Assembly (NCBI GenBank): GCA_051294905.1
Contig: CM119382.1
Location: 9,424,001-9,488,000 of the forward strand
Direction of reading: 5' to 3'
DNA length: 64,000 nucleotides
Source of the DNA: Botryllus schlosseri
Taxonomy: Eukaryota
Shown here: one piece after another, positions 52,568-62,896 of the stretch
Position numbering within the stretch: the stretch's first letter is position 1
Layout: each line of letters starts with the position of its first letter
The notes under the pieces: generated by a model
What the model was told of the DNA's origin: nothing
Database searches by the model: none
What the model saw: the letters and a program-made list of their open reading frames with translations, nothing else
Program-made: the position numbers and the translations under genes

Positions 52568-53746
52568 CTACAGATTAGAAATCGAGTCTAAAAATTAGTG
52601 TTTTGCTTGATTCAAGACCATTCAAGTATAACCGGGCATTTCGAATATAGAATTCGGTAATTGGGAGCGGTATGGGAGATTGCTGTCTTACAACGAAAAA
52701 ATGAGATATATATTTGAAAGAATAATTTAGACAAATAGCGTGGAGACGCCTCCAAGATATATCTATACATTCGAAATGTGTTGGCTTATCCTTTCAGACT
52801 GACTCGACAAATCCCCAACGAATATTGGCTGCTGTGGAAATTCAAGTTGGATATTATTGGGCGGATATAAATTGCCAATGTTAGGATTGCTAGCGGAGTC
52901 ACTATATAATTTGGCGATGGCATCGATTAATCATATATTTGGCACCATCATGATATATAGGCAATTAGGCATACTACAGTCGGCGGTTGGGTAAGGTTGG
53001 CTTGGGTTAGGCCAGACCTGGGATAAGTGCGGCCCGCGAAGTTATTCTGTGCATCCCGCGAAAGGTTGCTTGGATCAGAATATAAAACTTGCTTTTTGAT
53101 TGACTAAAACCATAGGCCGTATCAAATGAACAGGAAAATCGTTTACTTTGAAGCCTGTTCATTCATATGTCACGATTACGCTGCCTACGTACCTGACATG
53201 CGTAATCCAGATTCAAAATATAGACAATGTGGCAAAGTATGAGTAGCAATTGAAGTCACAAGAAATCACTCTTTCCATATAGTTTAGTTCAAACCATCCT
53301 TGTTGACATTGTAAAATTACGCATTATACGGTATGTGTTTCAATTAAAAATGCGATGTGTTTCCAAATCCCTAATTCGTAAAACAAGTCAATCAGTGCTC
53401 GCGATTACTATATGACCCATTATATCCATCGCCCATAAAGGATTAACGGGCATGCCAAAAAAAGAAAGTCGAACACTGAAATTCAAAGAAGGTCTAGAAT
53501 TTAGAGCACTAAATATTCGTATACTGGAGTCAGGGGTAAACCCGTCCTTTCAGTTTTTGCCGATCATGTCGCCGAGATTAAGGATTTTAATTGAAGTCGG
53601 TCTTGTTACAAAGGCACGAAACACTCGGTCGAGGGACGGCGAAGTTCACAAAAACTGCAAGCTTCGCTCATCATTATAGCCACACTGCTCGGAAGACAGC
53701 GACCAATAAAATAAGCTTTGTACACAATTACATATACATTTCAGTG

Positions 53747-54056
53747 TAGTGGTTCTCGAACTGGGAGACGTGAAAGCATCAGAAGGGTGGCGCGAAACCG
53801 AAGTATACTGAAAATAATTTCGCGCTATGCGCGATATACACCCAGCTTATAGTCGTTGCTCTGTGTATATTATTGTCAAACTTTGATATTTCGCAATTCT
53901 CTCATCAACACCCATAATCTTCCATACCATGAAACTATCCGTTGGGATGGCTAACATTCTGGTTGCATATTTTCATATTTTGTGATATGATAAGTGGGCG
54001 CGAAATTGTTCACTATCATAAAGGGAGGCGTGACTAAAAAAGTTTGAGAACCACTG
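53747..54056. mobile_element. Charlie-like hAT MITE
   Basis: TAGTGGTTCTCGAAC / GTTTGAGAACCACTG. Confidence 0.62.
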
Positions 54057-55626
54057 TTTTAGAACGTGGATAGGGGTTTAAAGATAGCTAAAATGTATCA
54101 TGTCCAACATTATTTCGAATCATGACAGCTAATAGATATTTTTTAATTATTCGTCACTAAACTTAAATCCTGGCCCTAACCCCCAACCATAACCAGTAAT
54201 ATCCTTCTAATCCATCCATAGCGCAATCTAACCAAACCCATCTCCTTATACTTAGCCTAACCAAACCTTACCCGACCCCTGACACTATAATACATTATGA
54301 CATCGCCAAAGTATATGCTGACATCGACAAATCCACTTCATATTTTTGTTGGCCTCTGAATAATAAATACTTCCTTCTAATTTCTGTCATTTCCCCCAGT
54401 ACCAAATCCCTCGCCCTTTCCCAGATACTGACTATCGAACTGCAGTTATACAGTCCCACGCCAGTCAACGCTCTTTCTGAGCATCACACGTCTGTGGCGA
54501 CGGCGTGAATTATATATACATGGACTTTATTGCCTAATTATCACCCGTTCAGAAGGTCACCGTGTTCAAATCAAGTATATTTCGTTGGCTGAGCAACTCG
54601 TCAGCTGCATGCTCGATGTGTTAAATATATGTCCTTATTTTTGGCACAGCCGAAGATAGCGACATATAGGCCTTCTAAAAATGCATATTATGGCTATAGA
54701 AACGTGTTTTTAATTTTCATGACCGACGTTTCAATGAATTTGAGCCAGTCTCTGATTTTGATTTGGACTTGTAGTTGAAGATCTTATCGAGATAAGAGAT
54801 GCACGTGATCCGCATTTGGGATTGGAATAGGATTGCATTAGAAACCGTGGCGTTGGTTATGAACAAGCGTTTGATAGATTTACATTTCGGTCAATGTAAT
54901 GTAATCTCTGTTATATAATTGTTTTCGGGAATCGTACGTGAATCAGGCAGCGTATTGAAACTGCGATTTCGGTTTTAGTGAAAGGGGTTTGAACACTGTT
55001 TCCACCAGTGGGTCTCGATGGGAATTGGTAAGAATAGAATTCTAGTGTTGCTACATCCTGTGTAGGTGTTTAAAGTCCGCTAACGCTAATCGCCTTTTCA
55101 GTTATCTGACGTGAATCCGGTAGCGTATGAAAGACTATAAAAACGATTTCAGTCTTAGGGGAGTTGGGATTTTACCCCTATTCGCCTCAGTGGATCGCGA
55201 TAGAATTTGGGAGGAATAATGTTCAAGCGGTTCCACGTCTTGTGTATAGGTGCCGAAAGTCCGTTGCACAATCGTTTTTCGGTTATCTGACGTGAATCCG
55301 GCTGCTCCTATATAAATTCGTGATTTCATTCTGGGGAAGAAGCGGTTAGGATCCTAGGACGCCTAGATGTCCTCCTTTTTGGCAATTCGTCCTCCTTTAT
55401 AGCTTTTAGAGCTAAGATAGTGGATATTCTAGAGAAAATTGCCATAAATGACGCTAAATAGGAAATTCGTGATTCAAATGAAAGTGACGACCTTTTGTTT
55501 TCAGTCAACCGACCGCGAAATGGGAAAAATCTGCCATTTTCAGGATTTTCCTCCGGTATTCTAAGTTTGAAAATTTTGACAAAGTGTCCGCCTTTCCCGA
55601 TTCCAATATATTATATGCTAACCCTA

Positions 55627-56370
55627 CGAAAAATGAACACCAAATCCTAGCAATGCAACGTCATAGTCAGAGTTCACGACTCTCATCTGTACCTTTACGT
55701 ACCAATTTATCGCCTTACTACCGTAAGCATCGAATTTTGCGAGTTGATGAATTATATCGCTTCGAAGTATCGAAAGTTGTTCACAAATATTTTTCCAATA
55801 GTCTGCCTCCTGTGTTTGATGACTTTTTCATACCTGCTAAACATGTCCATTCCCATTACACGAGATCCTCGTTGTGGAAGCTCTAGCTCCCTCTCTCCTA
55901 TCCGTATGGAGCAATCCTACATCACGTGACTTATCGCATAGTTATAAGCGAGCGCATATCGCATATTAGCCCTTTTGATATGAGACTCACGTACGCCGTA
56001 TAACCTACTGCTTGAAGTAACCACCCGTCCAATACATATGGAAAAGGCAATTGTCGTCTATTGAACTACCAGTCAAGAGCTACACGCAGGACGTTCGTAT
56101 CCGCTACTGCCAGCTAAGGATATTGGAAGCCGCTATCCGTAACATACGGACTTGCTGTATATACCATCGCAGAATATCCGACAGACAGCTCCTTTCACCG
56201 CATCGTCTAAAGGAAACATCTACTTACCCCCACCCAATAGCAACCTAACTAAGAGATCTATCGACTACTCGGGACCTATCATCTGGAATGCATTACCACC
56301 ATATATCCGTGAATTGCCTTATAATAGATTTAAAAAAGCCCTACTTGATCACCTCTTGTCGTTACACTAA
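55627..56370 (+). mobile_element. 3' fragment of a non-LTR retrotransposon ORF2 (CR1/L2-like tail), interrupted by a solo LTR
   Basis: ILRVDELYRFEV..VHKY....LP..F..F......H.HYTRSS|SKGNIYLP...TKRSIDYSGPIIWNALP..IR...FKK.L..HLL, the typical post-RT tail; frame restored when the insert is removed. Confidence 0.8.
55873..56202. mobile_element. Solo LTR (330 bp)
   Basis: TGTGG...CCGCA termini with 4-bp TSD TCGT (55869-55872, 56203-56206). Confidence 0.8.
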
Positions 56371-56969
56371 CACTGTTGCCCTACCTCGCCCAGACATTGC
56401 TTCATTGATCATTTGCTACTATTGTTTGATTTTTTTTCTATTTTTCTTTCTTAACTAAACATTTTTTTACAGCCAGAATGTTCAGAGTCAAGTGTACCTG
56501 TTTGATGCTGGTGTGATCAGACTAGATGACCTTCACGGTCTTATCGATCATTCCTATCTAATACCGAATACTGTGCACGCATATTTCTGTACCACCATCA
56601 CTGCCGTTTGTTATGTATTTTGGTTTGATGAAAATAAAGACTCTCTCTCTCTCTCTCAGTGGCAGCTTTCGAGTTTCGATTAGGTTGTGTCCGCACCATA
56701 GGACACTATGGTTGGATAATCCCGCCTGTGCGAAAAATTATCGAGACGACAGATTTCGCGTCATCGGGTGGGGGGGCTCACACTTTCATCTGTGGGCCTA
56801 GGAGTCGACCTTTATCAAAATACATCAGCCCAAGCTTTGTCAACAAAAGGAGTTCGTGTACCATCTTAAAATAGTACAGTGAACGCTCTCTTATTTGAGA
56901 TCTCATTTCATGCTGGAGACGTCATGATATTCAATGTTGTTTCCTATTCTCGACTAGTTGCTGACGATT

Positions 56970-57003
56970 ACCCCTGACGAGTGTCAGCCGAAAATATTCG
57001 GGT
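56970..57003 (+). ncRNA. Minimal type I hammerhead ribozyme motif (intact copy, intergenic)
   Basis: Identical 34-nt motif to 42725-42758; predicted cut after 56999. Confidence 0.72.
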
Positions 57004-58007
57004 TCATTTCATTATGAAGATACTATGTTGAAGTTCTGTACCTCCAAGAAGCTAAAAATTTTGAAAAGGTCTCCTCTTTTCAGACTCCCAAAATATGCTA
57101 ACCCTTCAATCTTTTCAATATATTGCAATATTGTAGTGGATTTGATTTTTAAAAAAGATAATTATTAATAATACTCTTTATCAGAGATGCATGGCTGAAT
57201 CGTGGTTTCTCATGATCAAAATCCGGATCCTGTTTCCGCTTGTAATGTTATCCGGAACAAAGGAATCCTGCTCAAAGCTCTGACGCCCTTGCTCTGACTC
57301 AAAGCTCTGACGCCCTTTGTAATTGTGCCTCGAAAATGCATTGCAGTGGTGGTGCAATGATACCGAGCGATTTCAAATTCATACAGAACATCGAAGTAAA
57401 ATGAGTGAATTTAGAAATATAGAATCCTGTTCTGATGCGGATCCTGCACTCGGCTAAACATGCGAATCCGGATCCAATCGTGTTTTAAAAAATATTGTCG
57501 GGTTTGTGTGTAACCTACGGAGGTTAGTTATCTATAGTTAGTGGTGTATGTATAGTGTACCTTAGTAATCTGTAGTGCGAGTGTACGATCTTTATTCCAA
57601 GATACTGCTTGTGTAAATGGAGAAGAACCTCTATCAGGGACAGTGTAATTGATGGCAACGCCATGCACAACTTTCCGTTTAATTTCTCAATTATTCTATG
57701 CACGTAACCCTTCTGTCACGCGCAACTTACTGCCGAAAACAACCATTGTTTCCAGTCTGGTATCAGATGGCCATAGTGTTCCTCAGTGTGTTGAATGCCA
57801 ATGATGGAAGCACTTGTAAGTTATAGCAGCATGCGATTTTTAGTGATAGCTGAGAATTGAGATAGTGATAGCTGCGATGGCTGATTATATCCACGGGGCC
57901 TTGTTATACTGATTAGGCTACGAATATACAATTATTATATATTTTTTATTTAATTCCGCTTAAGTTGTTATAATAGCAAGCTTAAAGTTCCGTGTTATAT
58001 ATGCATT

Positions 58008-59495
58008 ATGTCACAAGTGGAGTGTGATCTTTGCTTCTACCTCGTGAAAAAATACTATGGACGGATCGTGGCGACTGTCGGCCAATTTCTCTGCAAAAAT
58101 AGATTGCAGACGTTGGGTCAAATCATCCACGGGACCAAGCTAAAACCTTCGTTGGTGCGCAAAGCGTTGTGTGTCCTGATCAAACACGGGCTAGTGAATT
58201 TTGCACGGAACAAAAAAAGGATGGAATACAGTTTTGATACCAACGGCACGACGCATATACTCATGATACCTAAAATCATCTATACTACCAAGTCACTTTA
58301 TGGCGATCCCGGTGAGATGATCATCGAAGAAACCCTAATGCATGGCATGATAGAAAAGGACTCCATAATTAATACCGTGAATCGACGCTTGGAGGAGGTA
58401 TCGCCCAAAGTTGAAAATGGTGTTGTAGAGAAAGTTTTCAATGATCTAGTCGCGGCAAGATTTTTAATTTCCGAACCCGTAATTCCATTGGATGATGAAA
58501 ATAAAGAAAAAGCCGGGGACGACGTCGAAGTAGACGTTGGATCTAAAAGAAAAAGAATTTGCAGTGATGATGAGATTGAGAACATTGCTAAAAAAGTTAA
58601 AGTTCTGGACACTTATTCTGTAAACTTTGTGAGATTCAACCAATATTTCCGGGATCAATACATCGTAAATGGAATCAAGCAAAAATTTGGTGCGCACTGC
58701 GGGGAGATCTTACGTGCGATATTAAGAATAAGCGAAGTTACGACATCGCCACAAGCAGAGCGCACCCAACCAATATCAAGCAACGAGATAAGGCAAGCGT
58801 TGCCTGTACATTTAATCATGCCGATAATACACGTGGAGCAATATCTAAACATAATGATCAGCGATCCGGGCAATCTATTACAAAAAATTGAAGAGAGCAG
58901 CAGCAACCTCTATGTGGTTAATCTGAAGAAATGCGTCGAAGCCGTGTGCCAAGCGAACGTGCTGTCTTACATTCTGGAGAGGTATGGCAGCAAGAGTTGC
59001 AGGATTTTCAAACTTCTGTTGCTTAAAAGCCATCTGGAACAGAAACAAGTCGAGGATTTCGCTATGATCCCGTCGAAAGAAGCAAAAGAGCTGTTGTACC
59101 AATTGTGGTCAGATCACATGCTCATTATGCAGGAAATTCCTAGAACTGTCGACCACGCGCCGTCACGGACGTACTACTTGTTTAACGTAAACATCAACAA
59201 AGTCATCAGGACTTTGCTGACTCGATCGTATCGCACGCTGCTGAATCTTTTAGCCCGGCAACGTCACGAGGTAAAATCCAATAAAAGACTAGCGGAAAAG
59301 CAAGCGAGGGTGGAACACATCAAGGTTACGATTGAAAACGCGGACGAAGCTCAGCTGCAAGAGATCGACGAAATGCTGACTCCGGCGGAGCGTGACCAAT
59401 TGCAGAAAATGGAACACTGCCATAATAAGCTTGGGAAAGCGCAAATTCAAGTTTCTAACACGGCGTTTTTATTTTCGTTACATTTGACTTATTAA
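58008..59495 (+). CDS. POLR3C: RNA polymerase III subunit RPC3/C62, intronless, 495 aa
   Basis: N-terminus MSQVECDLCFYLVKKYYGRIVATVG...VRKALCVLIKHGLV; EIPRTVDHAPSRTYYLFNVN and C-terminal coiled region typical of RPC3. Confidence 0.93.
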   Translation: MSQVECDLCFYLVKKYYGRIVATVGQFLCKNRLQTLGQIIHGTKLKPSLVRKALCVLIKHGLVNFARNKKRMEYSFDTNGTTHILMIPKIIYTTKSLYGDPGEMIIEETLMHGMIEKDSIINTVNRRLEEVSPKVENGVVEKVFNDLVAARFLISEPVIPLDDENKEKAGDDVEVDVGSKRKRICSDDEIENIAKKVKVLDTYSVNFVRFNQYFRDQYIVNGIKQKFGAHCGEILRAILRISEVTTSPQAERTQPISSNEIRQALPVHLIMPIIHVEQYLNIMISDPGNLLQKIEESSSNLYVVNLKKCVEAVCQANVLSYILERYGSKSCRIFKLLLLKSHLEQKQVEDFAMIPSKEAKELLYQLWSDHMLIMQEIPRTVDHAPSRTYYLFNVNINKVIRTLLTRSYRTLLNLLARQRHEVKSNKRLAEKQARVEHIKVTIENADEAQLQEIDEMLTPAERDQLQKMEHCHNKLGKAQIQVSNTAFLFSLHLTY

Positions 59496-60129
59496 TATTC
59501 AAGGATGATCATTTCAATACTGTACTGAAATGAATCAATCTGAGCCGTGTCATTTGACTCGATACATGATTTGAAGAAGTAATGGACTCATGAGGGGAGT
59601 GGACTATCTGAGTCATTACTGGGTCATGACTCATGAGCCTGTCCGAAGATCCTACTACACTCAATCATTAGAGGGCTGGTCTGTGCATATCAACCCGGAA
59701 CCGTAGTGTTGATATCTATCTAGACCAGTGGTTTTCAACCGTGGGGTCATTTGCCTTGAGTGTCGCTAAGCTGCTTTTTTTTTCTAAGTAATGAGCTTGC
59801 CAAATTTTTTTGGGGTCGTGGGTGGACCATTTTTAAATCGGAAATTGGGCCATAAGCCCATTACCATAATAGTAAAAGGTTATGAAACAGAAACTCTGGT
59901 CTTGACAGAAACTCTAAAGAGTTTCATTGCATTCAATGCACGTCATTAACCACAGGGCTTAGGTGCTCATACCGCCCAACTCTACGTTATGAACATTGAC
60001 ACATTTTCAAGTATTTTGACCTAGATCATTGTTTCAATGATCATAGGCCCATGCTTTGGGATTAGTGATTTCATTCCAACACTGTTCAACTTCAGTGCTT
60101 TTCAACTACTATTCTGCTGCTGGTATCTT

Positions 60130-60155
60130 AATTATATTTCTTTATTTAGTTTTAG
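60130..60155 (+). promoter_or_regulatory. 3' splice acceptor (possible SL trans-splice site) upstream of EMC4
   Basis: TTTCTTTATTTAGTTTTAG ending 26 nt before the ATG. Confidence 0.55.
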
Positions 60156-60181
60156 ATCATAGCACCACTAATTATATTGCA

Positions 60182-60718
60182 ATGTCGCTTGGAGATAGCC
60201 CAGTCAAGAGAAAGAACGATGGAAAATGGTTCATTGACTTGACGCCCCGGAAAGGAGACAGGAATCGGGAATGCCCAGACCCACCTGGATATTCAACCAA
60301 CAGACAACAACTGAAAGAAGCCTCTGGTGCAGCTAGAGAAGGCCCCGATCAACAATTGATCAACAAAAGAAGCTGGGACATTGCATTAGGCCCTATCAAG
60401 GGATTGCCGATGAATGTGTTCATTATGTATATGTCCGGTAATGCCATATCAATATTCCCAATCATGATGGTGGGAATGATGTTTTTCCGACCTATCCAGG
60501 CCATTATGGGAATAAAAAACACAATGAAAATGCTGGATAGAGCCGACAACAAGCATTTTCTAACATTCGTTTTTGCAATGGGCAATCTCTTGGCTATCGG
60601 ACTGGCCGTGTATAAATGTCACGGAATGGGGTTATTACCGACTCACGAATCGGACTGGCTTGCATTCAAGACTCCGTTGGAAAGGCGAGAATTTGTGTCT
60701 GGCGGATTTTCATTATAA
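60182..60718 (+). CDS. EMC4: ER membrane protein complex subunit 4 (TMEM85), intronless; probable start ATG 60182
   Basis: KRSWDIALGPIKGLPMNVFIMYMSGNAISIFPIMMVGMM..RPIQA and YKCHGMGLLPTHESDWLAF. The ORF-track start at 60056 (TTG) runs through a pyrimidine tract/AG acceptor at 60154-60155. Confidence 0.93.
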   Translation: MSLGDSPVKRKNDGKWFIDLTPRKGDRNRECPDPPGYSTNRQQLKEASGAAREGPDQQLINKRSWDIALGPIKGLPMNVFIMYMSGNAISIFPIMMVGMMFFRPIQAIMGIKNTMKMLDRADNKHFLTFVFAMGNLLAIGLAVYKCHGMGLLPTHESDWLAFKTPLERREFVSGGFSL

Positions 60719-61449
60719 TTCTCGTAACTGTTGAGAGACTGTATATGCTTTATTTTAAAGAAATGATATCTTACCGGCACATGCAGTTGAAACCTTGTTG
60801 CGAACAATACTACTAATATTTTCTATAAGGATTTGTTGTGTCAAAAGGCTATGTGTTGTTTTTGTGTGGGACGAATTGAATGATGTACCATGCAGAGAAA
60901 GATTGGGAGCGGTACTTTTAAGTTATGTGGGTAAAGGACTATGCTTTGATTCATTTTATTACGACTGATAGGCTACCATTCATGTGTTTCTATACGTGAT
61001 TAGTGTAGCAGATGAAATAGAATTTGTGCAATAGGTAATTTAGTTTGTATGTCTGTGCTTCTCAACCTGTCGGTTATATAGGATATGGATATGTATCATA
61101 TAAATATTTGTGTCATTCGGGAAGAATTTTTGCAGTGCGAATGAGTTTCAAAATTCCATGACAAAATGTTACAAAGATAAGTCTCGGGCAAGTTTGTTCC
61201 AGTGTCAATCATTAATTTAGTGAACACTAATTTCTCAGCCGAAAGTTGTACAATTGTAATTTCTTAATTTTGCTTAGCTGCTACATGGTGTTGTAGGCCT
61301 ATATATATTTCACAGTAATCATTATCAATCATTCTATACTATCTTTTGACGACTTGCAGCTAACTCATTTCTAGTGATGTGTTCCTAACACCGCATCGAT
61401 ACTACCAGAGGTGTTGTGATGATTGTTATTGTTACATAGCTGATGTTGC

Positions 61450-61471
61450 AATGTTCTGTGTATCTTTACAG
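61450..61471 (+). promoter_or_regulatory. 3' splice acceptor (possible SL trans-splice site) upstream of SETD9
   Basis: TGTTCTGTGTATCTTTACAG ending 17 nt before the ATG. Confidence 0.55.
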
Positions 61472-61488
61472 ATTGTATTGTTTATGTC

Positions 61489-62235
61489 ATGAGAGTAATT
61501 AAATCATTGTCAAAGAGATGGAGCTCATACAAGTACAGGTTTGTTCCGTGGATGAAGTTGAAGATACGCAGTCAGCCCACGACTAGAGTAATTGATGTCG
61601 AATCTGATAAAGTTGTTCCCGATGAAGAAATTTTTAGTCAGTTAAAAAGCCTTTTTGAGCACTTCAAGTCTCCTGGTGGTTTACAGTCATTTCATAAACT
61701 CAAAATTGCTGAAAGCACGATTGCTGATGCTGGATGTGGAGTATTTTTGACTGGTAGCAACCTTCCTAAAGGTCAAATAGTTGCACTGTATCCTGGAACT
61801 GTGTATCTACCATATGAGCCAATATTTCTCCAGTCGATATATAACAGATACATTTTCAAATGCACAGATGGTGTCCTGATTGATGGTAACAACAGAGGCC
61901 TGTCCAAGACGATATACAAGTCCTGTGAAGGCAGAGATAGAATTAGCCATCTACCAAGTGCTGACTTGACTTGGCTTGACCCAGAACCCACTGTGAGCGT
62001 TAACGTAGGCCAATTTGTGAACAACAGGTCCCTGTCAACGCCTGCCAATGTGTGTTATCAAGAATTTGATTTTCCTGTGGATTTTGACAGGGCCTTGAGA
62101 AAATTTATACCTAATGTATATTATCAAAGTAGGAACTTCCACCGTGGAATGAGAACTGTGGTCCTTGTTGCGGCGCGGGATATTTCCGAAGGAGAAGAGC
62201 TGTTTTCCTCGTACTACACTGTGATTAAATCATGA
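61489..62235 (+). CDS. SETD9: SET domain-containing protein 9 (C5orf35-like), intronless, 248 aa
   Basis: [11 protein letters not shown]-terminal motif; GVFLTG...[12 protein letters not shown]; GQFVNN; [15 protein letters not shown]. Confidence 0.9.
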   Translation: MRVIKSLSKRWSSYKYRFVPWMKLKIRSQPTTRVIDVESDKVVPDEEIFSQLKSLFEHFKSPGGLQSFHKLKIAESTIADAGCGVFLTGSNLPKGQIVALYPGTVYLPYEPIFLQSIYNRYIFKCTDGVLIDGNNRGLSKTIYKSCEGRDRISHLPSADLTWLDPEPTVSVNVGQFVNNRSLSTPANVCYQEFDFPVDFDRALRKFIPNVYYQSRNFHRGMRTVVLVAARDISEGEELFSSYYTVIKS

Positions 62236-62564
62236 GTTCAATGCTACGCAAATTTATATCACCTAAACTTTTTACTTATGGTAAAAGTTCAGCAACATTA
62301 GCTGAACGACACCTGGCCTCCCAACCAGGCAATGGTGAAGATACCGTGAAGAAAAAGCCAGAGATTGGTGGCGTTTGTTGTATGAGTGGCTGCGCCAACT
62401 GTGTATGGATTAAATACGCAGAAGAATTGCTGGAATACTACAAAAGCGTTGGCGGTGCGGGGGTTGACCAAGTGATGGACGCGATCGATAAAGAAGTTCA
62501 AGATGATAATTTGAAAGCATATCTGAGATTTGAAATCGGCCTCATGCTCAAGAAGAAGTCATGA
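62232..62564 (+). CDS. OXLD1: Oxidoreductase-like domain-containing protein 1; start at ATG 62232 or 62241
   Basis: [19 protein letters not shown] and [12 protein letters not shown] motifs; basic, Ser-rich N-terminus resembling a mitochondrial presequence. Confidence 0.88.
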   Translation: MSSMLRKFISPKLFTYGKSSATLAERHLASQPGNGEDTVKKKPEIGGVCCMSGCANCVWIKYAEELLEYYKSVGGAGVDQVMDAIDKEVQDDNLKAYLRFEIGLMLKKKS

Positions 62565-62896
62565 TCGACTGGTGTCTCACGTAAAAGTGAGACAAACAAC
62601 ATCTCGTGTATGCCCAGCCCATGTAACTATACGGGGCATTTCTACAACCTACGCTAGCAGTCCAATTAATGGAGCTAAATATGTGTTCTCGAATTTTTTC
62701 ATCGCATGGTCATGTGACATAACGTTACTGGTCCATACTGCCTCTTCGTGTCATGAAAATGTCCTTGCGGAGGCTGGCTACCGCTCCTTATTGATATTTA
62801 GTGCTTAAGAATCTTTTTCTAACACTCTCTTCAGTTTCTAGTATCCTAAAAGCTTTTTTATTCAATGAGAGAGTAATATAACGCAATGAACTTGGT

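Noticed and set aside
310-57000. Numerous plus-strand and off-frame ORFs of 60-185 aa in the ORF track
   Set aside because: They are antisense or alternate-frame shadows of titin exons, or lie in MITEs; none shows a recognisable domain apart from the LINE remnants.
57740-57790. CTGAGGA...GAAA on the minus strand as a hammerhead
   Set aside because: No helix II closing pair and no stem I or III.
60056-60181. 42-residue N-terminal extension of EMC4 from a TTG start
   Set aside because: It runs through an AT-rich pyrimidine tract and AG acceptor; homology fits the ATG at 60182.
58008-62564. Bacterial contamination or horizontal transfer to explain the intronless, overlapping genes
   Set aside because: All four proteins are eukaryote-type orthologs, and the spacers contain the same MITE families as the titin introns.
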